Source: Thermoanaerobaculia bacterium (GTDB taxonomy: Bacteria; Acidobacteriota; Thermoanaerobaculia; Gp7-AA8). From it: a stretch of 64,000 nt of DNA. The stretch spans positions 4,946 through 68,945 of the forward strand of contig JBGSYJ010000069.1 of NCBI GenBank assembly GCA_041750915.1, written 5' to 3'. The notes beneath the pieces were generated by a model. That model had not been told where the DNA came from. It did not search any database and saw only the letters and a list, made by a program, of their open reading frames with translations. The position numbers and the translations under genes are program-made. Shown in pieces: positions 10,401-18,996 of this stretch. Within the stretch, counting starts at the first letter, position 1. Each line of letters begins with the position of its first letter.

Positions 10401-11384
10401 GACCAGACGGTGACGATCGGAGGCATCGTTGGCCAGCTCAAGAAGTCGAAGATCAAGAAGGGGCCAAACGAAGGCAAGCTGATGGCAAAGTTCATCCTCG
10501 ACGACCAATTCGGAAGCGTTGAGGTCGTCGTGTTCAGCGATCTCTTTCAGAAGCATGCGAAATGGCTCGACAACGGTGTGCCGATACTTCTGACTGCCAG
10601 CGTCAAAGACACAGGCGGTGTTCCGGGCGGCCGCAGCGCCGCGCTCGCGCAGGCCGAACAGCAGGCCCGGCAGATCGACGACGAGTACGGCGGACATCCG
10701 GAGGACGATTTCGTCGTTGCCGATCGTCCCTCTCGTTCGGCCACTGACGCGCCGCAGATTTCCTATTACGAAGTCGGCGACGACGAGAATGAAAAGACGG
10801 AAGCTGAGCTCGAGCGGGAGCGGATCGGAACGGAGGTCGACCGATTCAACCTCAGCCTCTTTGGAGGCGCGCCCGCGCAGGAACCCGATGATGATCGGGA
10901 TGACAATGGTGGTGCCGGCGTGCGGACGGATGTCAGTTTGCACAGTCGCGAGGAGGCCGAGGAAGCGCGTGCTGCGATTGCAGAGGAGACCGAGTCTCTG
11001 ATAGCGCCCTCCGAGGCTGACAGCGCCGTCTACGAGCCCGCGCAGATTCTCCACGAAGCGCCGATCACCCCGGAGTTGAATGCCCTTGATCTGGTGCCGC
11101 TCGACGGCATCCGGGAGAAAAAGGTGAAGACGATTGCTCTCGAGATGTCATACACGACGGTGAGCGATTCTTCTCTCGCGAAGCTGCGCGAGATCTTCGA
11201 GAGCCATGCCGGCGAGGTTCCCGTGCTCGTGCGGCTCACGAATGTTCCACCGGAGCTGGCGAAGGAAGCAGGTTCCGATGGCCACGTGCAGCTCAAGCTG
11301 AACCATCACTTCCGAATTCAGCCCGGACAGCCCTTCACCGCCGCGGTGAACGAGCTCGACGCGCGGCTGCAGTATTTGTTCTAG
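7425..11384 (+). CDS. dnaE: DNA polymerase III alpha subunit, with a long acidic C-terminal extension
   Basis: PHP domain ([18 protein letters not shown]), polymerase core ([24 protein letters not shown], NRPG) and OB fold. The 1319 aa are about 150 aa longer than E. coli DnaE. Confidence 0.95.
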   Translation: [1319 protein letters not shown]

Positions 11385-11397
11385 GTGTAGCTCCGCC

Positions 11398-12080
11398 GAC
11401 CCTCTCCCCGCCAGCATGTTGGCCCGAGCGCGAATCGACGTTCGGGGAGAGGGTGGTCCGGCACCCTGCGCCGCGGGACTTGCGCATCGCGCATCTGTGA
11501 ATTGCAGGGTGACGGACCGGGTGAGGGGCAGCCTGGATCCAGCTACCCCTTCATGTATCCGAACTCCCGAGCTCGCGCCTCACATATCCGGAGAATTTCC
11601 GCCGCGCAGATTCCAGGATTTGCGACCAGCTCTTGGTTTTCGAATCGCAGCACTTTTATTCCGAGCTCCCCGAGACGTTTGTCACGCACCGCGTCATCGT
11701 GTCTGCCCTCCGCCGTGAAATGTGGATCGCCGTCGAGCTCGACGTTCACGCGCAATCGGGAGCAGTAGAAGTCGAGGATCATGTTGTCGATCCGATGCTG
11801 CGTTCTGAACTTCCAGCGATGGAGGTCCGGTTTCACAGCATGCCCCATGCAAGCTTCTCGGCATCGGTCAGGCTACGCCTGAGCTCGCGTTCGTTCGTCC
11901 GGTTGATCCCGCGTGTTTGATGCTTCATGGCGAGATCGTACCTCGGCTACCCCTCACCCGGCCCGTCACCCTGCAATCCACAACTGCCTGGGTGCGCGGG
12001 TCTCGCTTCGCAGGGTGCCGGACCACCCTCTCCCCGAATGATGATTCCTGCTTTAGACGACATCCTGGCGGGGAGAGGGT
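11398..12080. mobile_element. DUF559 cassette 1: a 5'-truncated DUF559 gene flanked by imperfect terminal inverted repeats of about 140 bp
   Basis: The left arm 11398-11535 is the reverse complement of the right arm 11945-12080. Both contain CCCTCTCCCCGCCAG...CGGGGAGAGGGTGGTCCGGCACCCTGCG...TTGCAGGGTGACGG.CCGGGTGAGGGG.AGCC. The cassette lies between the convergent 3' ends of dnaE and the amidohydrolase operon. Confidence 0.55.
11543..11848 (-). CDS. DUF559 endonuclease-domain protein (Vsr-like fold), N-terminally short
   Basis: FRTQHRIDNMILDFYCSRLRVNVELDGDPH...GIKVLRFENQELVANPGICAAEI is the DUF559 core (compare xxFRRQxxIGxYIVDFxC...ELDG), but the usual N-terminal region ahead of the DUF559 core (the stretch that reads ARELRRRQTPAERAMWSALRGRR in the full-length copy at 54567..54941) is missing. 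Confidence 0.7.
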   Translation of the reverse strand: MGHAVKPDLHRWKFRTQHRIDNMILDFYCSRLRVNVELDGDPHFTAEGRHDDAVRDKRLGELGIKVLRFENQELVANPGICAAEILRICEARAREFGYMKG

Positions 12081-12093
12081 AAGTCGCGCGACC

Positions 12094-13410
12094 TTAGGGC
12101 CTTCGGCTGAATTTGTCGTACTGCAGCGTGTGATACGAATCGAGCGGTATGTCTTCTCCGCCGATGAAGAGCCTGACGAGGTTCGTCCGGATCTCGAGTG
12201 GATCACCATCGGTGACGATCACATTCGCGATCTTTCCAGCCTCGAGGGAACCGATCCTGTCAGCGACACCAAAAATCTCGGCCGGACTGATCGTCACGGC
12301 GCGGAGGGCCTCTTCCTTCGGCAGTCCAAACGCCGCACAGGCTGCAGCCTGATAGGGGAGGTGTCTCGCATTGTGGGCGCCGCCGGTCCGGATAGCGAAC
12401 CTGATGCCGGCCTGATGGAGAGCAGCGGCATTCGAGAACAGCAGATCATACGGATCGTCCTCTTTGCCGGGAAGCGTCCAGATCGGTCCGAGGAGTACAG
12501 GGACGTTTTTCGATCGAAGCTCCGGAAGCACGCGCTGCACTTCCTGCCCGCCCGAAAGAATCATCCGGATCCCAACCTCGTCGGAAAACTTCATCGCTTC
12601 ACGAATGTCAGCTTCGAGGTTCGCGAAAATGACGAGCGGGACGTCGCCGCGGACGACAGGTACGAGCGCGTGAAGGATGAGGTCCTTCTCGGGCCGATGT
12701 TGTGCATTAATTTTCTCCGAAGCCGAGAGCGCCTTTTCGTACGCTTTCGCGTCCCTGAAGGTATCTCGAAGCTTCTCGAGCTGCGAGGTGTACTGCTTTT
12801 TCGCGCGCTTCTCCCCTTCCTCGTCCTGAGGCTGGCCGGACAACGGTGTCGTTCGCACTCGGGGGAAGTTGATGTGCATGCCGGCGGGACTCTTGAGCAC
12901 CATTTCGGGTGGAGTCCAGCCGGAGAGCTGAATCAGGGCGCTCTGTCCCGAGATGATTCCGCCGCCCGGTTCGGTAAGCACGGTCGTGATGCCGTTGATA
13001 CGCGTGACGGGAATCACGTTGCTGTGCGGATTGAGTGCAACTGCCGCCACTGCATTCGGGTTCAGGTCGCCGAGCTCCTGAATGTCTCGCGTGCCCGCGA
13101 CCGAGCCGACCTCCGTCAGGCCGATCGAGGTTCCGGAGTCGATCATTCCCGGATAAACTGACAGGCCCGTGCCATCGATGACAGTCGCCCCTTCAGGCGT
13201 GTCAACTGTACGGCCTACGGCGACAATCTTTCCGCCGGCGATCACGATGGATCCGCTCTCGATCGGCGCAGATGTCACGGGATAGATCGTTGCGTTGCGG
13301 ATCACGTACGCACCGCCCGGTCCGGGATTGTTCAGGATGACCGACTGTCCCGCTATCGGAAGCGAGGCAGTCATCAGAGCTGCGCAGAGAAGCATTGTTC
13401 GAAGCTTCAT
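12094..13410 (-). CDS. Secreted amidohydrolase-fold protein lacking the HxH metal motif
   Basis: Signal peptide, then PGMIDSGTSIGL where catalytic paralogues read PGxIDxHxH. Four nucleotides overlap the next gene. Confidence 0.8.
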   Translation of the reverse strand: MKLRTMLLCAALMTASLPIAGQSVILNNPGPGGAYVIRNATIYPVTSAPIESGSIVIAGGKIVAVGRTVDTPEGATVIDGTGLSVYPGMIDSGTSIGLTEVGSVAGTRDIQELGDLNPNAVAAVALNPHSNVIPVTRINGITTVLTEPGGGIISGQSALIQLSGWTPPEMVLKSPAGMHINFPRVRTTPLSGQPQDEEGEKRAKKQYTSQLEKLRDTFRDAKAYEKALSASEKINAQHRPEKDLILHALVPVVRGDVPLVIFANLEADIREAMKFSDEVGIRMILSGGQEVQRVLPELRSKNVPVLLGPIWTLPGKEDDPYDLLFSNAAALHQAGIRFAIRTGGAHNARHLPYQAAACAAFGLPKEEALRAVTISPAEIFGVADRIGSLEAGKIANVIVTDGDPLEIRTNLVRLFIGGEDIPLDSYHTLQYDKFSRRP

Positions 13411-14834
13411 CGTTCGTTCCCCATTCCGCGCTTTGAGCCGCCAGCAGTGGACTTCGCGCGCGCCTTCTCGCGCTCCTCCGCCTCCCGCTCCTGCGTGAGC
13501 AGCGCTTCCTTCTCCCGCTTCCGATCTTCCCGCTGCTGGAGGTCACGATTCCGGTCGAAGTAAACTTCGCCTTCGATCATGGTGGTCTCGACGCGGGAGT
13601 AGGTCGAGAAGGGATGTCCGGACCAGAGAACGAGGTCCGCATCCTTGCCGGGCTCGATCGAGCCGATTCGATGGCCGACGCCGAGCTGGCGGGCAGCGTT
13701 GATCGTGGCCGTCTTCAGCGCTTCTTCCTCGGAGAGACCTCCGTACTTCATCGCCTTGGCCGCGTCCAGGTTGAGATGCCTTGCCAGCTCATCGGAGTCG
13801 GAGTTCACTGAAACGAGAACTCCGTTCCGTGTCATCAGCGCGACATTGTGCGGGATGCCGTCGTACGATTCGGCCTTGAACCCCCACCAATCGATGAAGG
13901 TGCCGGCTCCGAGACCTCCGTGGGCCGCGATCTCCTTCGCTACTTTGTAGCCTTCCAGGACGTGCTGGAACGTCGCGATCTTGAATCCGAATTCGTCAGC
14001 GAGGTTGATCAACATGACGATCTCGTCGGAGCGGTAGCAATGTGCATGGACCTGCACGTTGCCGCGAAGAATCTCCGCCATCTCCTCCATGAGCAGATCG
14101 CGGCGCGGCGGGATCAGATTCGCCTTGTTTCTGCTGGCGTTCCAGGTGTCCCACTCCGCCATGTAGGCGCGCGCCTTCGTGAACGAATCGCGCACGACTT
14201 CTGCGACGCCCATTCGGGTTGCCGGATACTGTTTGGCGACTCCAGCGGGCGGACTGAAGTTCGCGCTCTTCGGATTCTCACCGAGGGCGAATTTAATGCC
14301 GGGAGGAGCATCGGCGATCGGCCACTCGGAAATCGGTCGTCCCCACTTCCATTTCACGACGGCGTTCTGGCCTCCGATCGCGTTGGCCGATCCGTGCAGG
14401 ATGTTTGCCGTTGTCGTCCCGCCGGCGAGCTGTCTGTAGGCGCTGATATCTTCGTTTGTGAGTGCATCGTGCACGCGCACCATTCCGGTGTTCGGTAGCG
14501 AGATCTCGTTGACGCTGCCTTCGACGGCCGTATGGCTGTGTGTATCGATGATGCCCGGCATGAGGTAGCGGCCCGTGGCGTCGATGACCTCGGCGCCCGC
14601 GCCCGCCCGGACCTGATCATCCGGTCCGACGGCGACGATTTTCGAGCCGCGGATCAGCACGGACCCTCCGGGTATCGTCCCGTTCGTGATCGTCATGACG
14701 GTCGCGTTACGGATGAGAATCTCCCGGTTCGCCGCGGTCTGGGCATAGAGTTGAAATGTGGAAATCAGTGTGACGATCGCAACGGATGTGCGTCGGACGA
14801 TAAAACCGCAATTCGAAATCCGCAATTGGCTCAT
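13407..14834 (-). CDS. Amidohydrolase family metallo-hydrolase (catalytic motifs intact)
   Basis: PGIIDTHSHTAVEG (HxH), VHAH, FQHV and NSDSDE; signal peptide present. Confidence 0.85.
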   Translation of the reverse strand: MSQLRISNCGFIVRRTSVAIVTLISTFQLYAQTAANREILIRNATVMTITNGTIPGGSVLIRGSKIVAVGPDDQVRAGAGAEVIDATGRYLMPGIIDTHSHTAVEGSVNEISLPNTGMVRVHDALTNEDISAYRQLAGGTTTANILHGSANAIGGQNAVVKWKWGRPISEWPIADAPPGIKFALGENPKSANFSPPAGVAKQYPATRMGVAEVVRDSFTKARAYMAEWDTWNASRNKANLIPPRRDLLMEEMAEILRGNVQVHAHCYRSDEIVMLINLADEFGFKIATFQHVLEGYKVAKEIAAHGGLGAGTFIDWWGFKAESYDGIPHNVALMTRNGVLVSVNSDSDELARHLNLDAAKAMKYGGLSEEEALKTATINAARQLGVGHRIGSIEPGKDADLVLWSGHPFSTYSRVETTMIEGEVYFDRNRDLQQREDRKREKEALLTQEREAEEREKARAKSTAGGSKRGMGNER

Positions 14835-16438
14835 GGCGTCCTGCTCCCGGTGAACTCGAATTGTCCGAGGTTCGTTCTGACCGTTCCTCTGATCGTCGCA
14901 TTTTCAACCGTTCCGCTGAACGACCAGTCGGACGGTTCGGCCTGTGTTTGGATCGTGATGTCGAACTCGAGCCTGTTTTCGTTGAAGGAGCCGCTGCGGA
15001 TGTCGCCGGAGCCGGCGCTGCCGGAATAGGTGCCCGTAAGCTCTGTACCCTGAAGTCGCAGGGTCGCCTGGATCGAAACGTCTCCGTCCGGAGCCCGCAC
15101 TGTCAGATTCCATGCGCCGTCGATTGGCGACGCGGATGCAGGCGTGGCCGGTGACGCTGTCGTTTCAGCCGGAAGTCGGATTTCACGCCCGTCGATATAG
15201 AGGTGTTTGATTTTCGAATCACGATCGAAGATCGGGCCGTCGGTTACGACGAGGTTCGCGATCTTGCCGCGCGCGATCGATCCGATTTGCCGGTCGACAC
15301 CGAGAATCTCGGCGGGGGTGAGAGTGACTGCGCGGAGCGCCGCAGTTTCGGAGAGCCCCGCGTCGATCGCCTTGCGGATCCCGCTGATGAAATCGGCCGG
15401 GGCGGCTTTGCCGGAGACGAGCGCGAACGGAACGTTGCGGCGGGCGAGCTCCGCTGGCGCTGTAACGCTCAGAACGCGCTCGCGGATAACGCGAAGCGGT
15501 TCTTCCGTTCTCTCGTCTGCGTTGGCCGGAGGCTTCGGAAAGTTCACTGAGAGAAGGACAGGTACGCCCCAGCTCCTGATCTCGTCGGCCATCCTGTACG
15601 TATTGCGTCCGCCGGAAAGGATCCAGCGGAGTTTCGATTCTTCTGCGAGTGTGCGAGAGCGCCGGATCATCGTCTCGCTGTCCGCGATGAAGACCACGGG
15701 AAGTTCTCCGCGAAGGACGGGCGCTAGAGCTTCGAGATTCACGTCGGGGGTCGGGCGCCGTTTTCCGGCGGGATCGCGGCTGTAGATCCGGCTTGCCGCA
15801 TCGTACTGCGCTGCATCAAGCATCGTCTGCCGGATGTGTGCAATAACGCCCATGAGGGAATCAGGATAGGTCCATGACGAGCGGGGATTGAACGAGATCT
15901 GCTGTGTGGCGGGCGACTTCAGGACCATCGCCGGAATGTCGTCACCGTAGAGGTTCAGAATGGCGCTCTGTCCATTGAAGATCCCTGCGTTGGATGCGAC
16001 AAGGATCGTCGTTACGCCTGTCTTTCGCCGGCTGTCGAGCATCTCGCCGGTGAGCTTGGTCGTCTCCGCGGCCCGGAAGGTCGCTGTTGGTTCCGGCGCT
16101 GGAGTCGCTCTGGGCGCTGTGCCGGCCTCGTCGCCGAACGACGCCCGCCGTGCCGGTTCTGGCAGGCCGCTCGCCGTCTGTGCATCGAACAGTCCCGGAT
16201 AGACGTGCATCCCGCTAACGTCCACCTCGACAGCATCCGGCGGCAGAGGGATGTTGCGCCCGACCGCCTCGATCAGACCGCCACGCACGATTACGGTGCC
16301 ACCCTCGATATCAGCCCCTCCGACCGGATGGACTGTCCCGCCTGTGATCGCGTAAACGCCCGGAGGTTGCGCAACCAGTGGGACCGCCAGCAGGAAGGCC
16401 GCGATGATCAACAGAAGTTGACGACAACGACTCAACAT
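14831..16438 (-). CDS. Secreted amidohydrolase-fold protein lacking the HxH motif, with a C-terminal beta-rich extension
   Basis: VYPGLFDAQTASGL replaces the HxH motif. I chose the start at MLSRCRQ (ATG 16438, GAGGTG ribosome-binding site) rather than the TTG at 16483. Confidence 0.8.
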   Translation of the reverse strand: MLSRCRQLLLIIAAFLLAVPLVAQPPGVYAITGGTVHPVGGADIEGGTVIVRGGLIEAVGRNIPLPPDAVEVDVSGMHVYPGLFDAQTASGLPEPARRASFGDEAGTAPRATPAPEPTATFRAAETTKLTGEMLDSRRKTGVTTILVASNAGIFNGQSAILNLYGDDIPAMVLKSPATQQISFNPRSSWTYPDSLMGVIAHIRQTMLDAAQYDAASRIYSRDPAGKRRPTPDVNLEALAPVLRGELPVVFIADSETMIRRSRTLAEESKLRWILSGGRNTYRMADEIRSWGVPVLLSVNFPKPPANADERTEEPLRVIRERVLSVTAPAELARRNVPFALVSGKAAPADFISGIRKAIDAGLSETAALRAVTLTPAEILGVDRQIGSIARGKIANLVVTDGPIFDRDSKIKHLYIDGREIRLPAETTASPATPASASPIDGAWNLTVRAPDGDVSIQATLRLQGTELTGTYSGSAGSGDIRSGSFNENRLEFDITIQTQAEPSDWSFSGTVENATIRGTVRTNLGQFEFTGSRTP

Positions 16439-16483
16439 GGACACCTCGCAGAAACGAAACGGTAACGTCCGGGGAGGATACAA

Positions 16484-16545
16484 GATGAAGGATGAAAGAT
16501 GAAGGATGAAGGATGAAGAGCTTCATCCTTCATCCTTCATCCATT
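16484..16545. repeat. Tandem GATGAAG heptads forming a perfect 21-bp inverted repeat (H1)
   Basis: GATGAAGGATGAAAGATGAAGGATGAAGGATGAAG-AGC-TTCATCCTTCATCCTTCATC sits in the 118-bp gap between the oxidoreductase stop and the start of the amidohydrolase operon. Confidence 0.5.
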
Positions 16546-16556
16546 CATTTCACTCT

Positions 16557-17732
16557 TCAGAGCAGGCCGCTCACCTCATTCGGCCTTCCTTCGGCGAAGC
16601 GTTCCGGGCGGAGCGCTTGGACATTGATCGAAGTGTTTCCGTCGAGGATCATCTCGCTGAGAATCTGTCCGAGGGCCGGGGCGTGCATGACGCCGTGTCC
16701 TGAGGATCCGTTGGCGAGGTAGAGGTTCGTAGTGCCTGGTACAGGACCTACGATCGCGTGGTGATCTGGCGACATCTCGTAGAGCCCGCTCCAGCAACGT
16801 TCTCGATCGACCGGCGTGCTGGAAAGGGACGGGATCCGCTCGTGTGCGATCTTCTCCACTCGCCCGATCCATTTCTCATCGAGTGAATCGTCGAAAGGAT
16901 CGTCGCGCGGCACCTCCGGCAACAACAGGAGCACCCGGCCGTCCCGCGGTCGGAGGTGAAAGCCGTCCGCGGTGAAGATTGTCATCGGCATGTCGGGAGG
17001 AAGGAGTTCCGTGGGAACGGTGACCGCCACCGACCGTCGCACTGGCGTCACCGGCACGCTGAATCCTGCCAATTCAGCGATCGAGCCGGCCCATGCACCC
17101 GCCGCATTGACGACGATCCCCGGGTCGATCGTACCGCGTGATGTGATGATGGTTCGGACATTGTCGCCGTCGCGCTCGAGGCCGATGACTCGTTCGTCAA
17201 AGCGGACCTCGACGCCCCTGCGACGCCCATCCTCGAGGTAGCCTTCGAGCATCTGCATGGGACGGACGTAGCCGTCCGTGGGACAGAACGCGCCTCCCTC
17301 GACTCCGTGCAGGCCGATGGCGGGATTGACGTCGAGAACCTCCGCAGCACTGAGCATGCGCGCCTCTGTCAGGCCGAACCGGTGCTGGAGTCGTTGCGCT
17401 TCCCCGAGAGCCGACAGCGACTCTTCGTCGTCGGCGACCCACAGGTACCCGCGTTGCTCGAACCCAGGATCCGTTCCGGTGTCTTCTTTGAATTGAAGAA
17501 GCTTCTGACGGGAAAGGAGAGAAAGCCGGATGTTCACTTCGGAGTCGAACTGGGCGCGGAAGCCGCCCGTGGCTTTCGATGTGCTGCCTGACCCGGCAGC
17601 TGTGCTGCCATCGACGACGACAACGTTCCTGCATCCCCGTGAGGCGAGATGCCAGGCGATGCTCGCGCCGATGATTCCGGCGCCGATTACCGCGACATCC
17701 GCAGTACGACGACGGGCGTTTCCGTTCTGCAC
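16557..17732 (-). CDS. FAD-dependent oxidoreductase (DAO/glycine-oxidase-like)
   Basis: N-terminal DVAVIGAGIIGASIAWHLASRG Rossmann motif; the rest reads as a DAO-family body. Confidence 0.85.
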   Translation of the reverse strand: MQNGNARRRTADVAVIGAGIIGASIAWHLASRGCRNVVVVDGSTAAGSGSTSKATGGFRAQFDSEVNIRLSLLSRQKLLQFKEDTGTDPGFEQRGYLWVADDEESLSALGEAQRLQHRFGLTEARMLSAAEVLDVNPAIGLHGVEGGAFCPTDGYVRPMQMLEGYLEDGRRRGVEVRFDERVIGLERDGDNVRTIITSRGTIDPGIVVNAAGAWAGSIAELAGFSVPVTPVRRSVAVTVPTELLPPDMPMTIFTADGFHLRPRDGRVLLLLPEVPRDDPFDDSLDEKWIGRVEKIAHERIPSLSSTPVDRERCWSGLYEMSPDHHAIVGPVPGTTNLYLANGSSGHGVMHAPALGQILSEMILDGNTSINVQALRPERFAEGRPNEVSGLL

Positions 17733-17769
17733 TCGGGGATTGTATCCGGCGGTGACACCGATGCGGCCT

Positions 17770-18996
17770 TCAGGCGGCGAGCTCGACCCTGTTCCGTCCC
17801 ATGCGCTTTGCGCGGTAGAGGGCGTCGTCGGCCTTTCGCAGCAACATCTCGTAATCGGATCCGTCTTCCGGACACGTCGAAAGACCGGCGCTCACGGTCA
17901 AAGATCCTGCTTCCGGCTCTTTTCCCTCGCTGGAGAAACTGTGCGATTCGATCAGACTGCGAAGGCGGTCGACTACGCGAAACGCGTCCGCCGCGCTGGT
18001 ATCCGGCATGATCAGGCTGAACTCCTCACCGCCGAACCGGATCGCGAGATCCGAGCCCCTCAGGTGCTTGCGGAGCAGATCAGCAAGCTGGCGAAGCGCG
18101 GAGTCTCCGGCCTGGTGCCCGAACCGGTCGTTGTAGGCTTTGAAGTGATCGACGTCGAGCATGACGATCGTGCAATGTCCCCCGTGACGGCGGATTCGTT
18201 CGAGCTCGCCGGGGAGCGTCTCGCGAATTCGTCTGCGGTTTGGAAGCCCGGTAAGGGGATCGGTGCCGGCGAGCTCGGCCAGCTCTTTGCGCAAGGTCTG
18301 CATTTCCCGCCGATTGCGTCGGACCTTTTCGAATACCAAACCGCAGTAGATGCTCGTGGCAAGAAAAAGCAAAGCGACTGTGATCTCGAAAGCAGTCGAC
18401 ATCGAGTCCGATACGAGCGAATGGGGAACGAGCGCCGCGAGGTAAGCGACGCACATCATGCTGCTCAGCATGGTCACCCGCCAGAAGCCGGCAATTCCGA
18501 TGAGGAATAGCAGCGCGGCGAACCATGCAATCAAAGCAAGTGCACGAGCCTCGGGCGCAATATGAACGTAGTACGCGATCAGTCCCGCAGCCACGATCAT
18601 CGGAAGCAGCACGAAATCGGGATCCGAGGGAAGCCGGCGATCGAGCCCGGTATGTACGATGATCCAGAGGGCACCCTCCGCTGCAAGAGTAAGCGTCAGG
18701 GCAGCGATCCACTCACCCATGGTCATCGAGGTGAAGCCGGTGAGCCTGAGAATCAGCAATTCGACGACGGCGAGAAGCAACCCGGTCGTCGCCAGCTGGA
18801 GTCCACGCTTCTTGCGCTGGGTCTTTATCTGATCGTACTCGGCCAGGTTCGCGATCGTTTCGGTTTGGGGTGCTCGCCCGGAGACGCGCCTTTCCGGCAG
18901 TGTCACCCGGAGAACTGACCACGGCCGGCGAGAAGCATCTCTTCTGTCTTGGAACTCGTGCACGGTGTGAGCGCACTCTAGAGCAAGTGGCGTCAA
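17770..18996 (-). CDS. Membrane-anchored diguanylate cyclase (GGDEF domain)
   Basis: TDPLTGLPNRR...MLDVDHFKAYNDRFGHQAGD...RFGGEEF (GGEEF active site), preceded by about five transmembrane helices. The exact start is uncertain. Confidence 0.8.
   Translation of the reverse strand: MTPLALECAHTVHEFQDRRDASRRPWSVLRVTLPERRVSGRAPQTETIANLAEYDQIKTQRKKRGLQLATTGLLLAVVELLILRLTGFTSMTMGEWIAALTLTLAAEGALWIIVHTGLDRRLPSDPDFVLLPMIVAAGLIAYYVHIAPEARALALIAWFAALLFLIGIAGFWRVTMLSSMMCVAYLAALVPHSLVSDSMSTAFEITVALLFLATSIYCGLVFEKVRRNRREMQTLRKELAELAGTDPLTGLPNRRRIRETLPGELERIRRHGGHCTIVMLDVDHFKAYNDRFGHQAGDSALRQLADLLRKHLRGSDLAIRFGGEEFSLIMPDTSAADAFRVVDRLRSLIESHSFSSEGKEPEAGSLTVSAGLSTCPEDGSDYEMLLRKADDALYRAKRMGRNRVELAA

Noticed and set aside
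9240-11054. 604-aa ORF on the minus strand, antisense to dnaE
   Set aside because: It lies entirely inside the DnaE coding region, which has unambiguous polymerase motifs. Its Arg/Leu-rich low-complexity translation is typical of antisense frames in high-GC DNA.
17530-18510. 326-aa plus-strand ORF overlapping the oxidoreductase and GGDEF genes
   Set aside because: It is antisense to two genes with strong motifs (GAGIIG Rossmann; GGEEF) and has no recognisable domains of its own.
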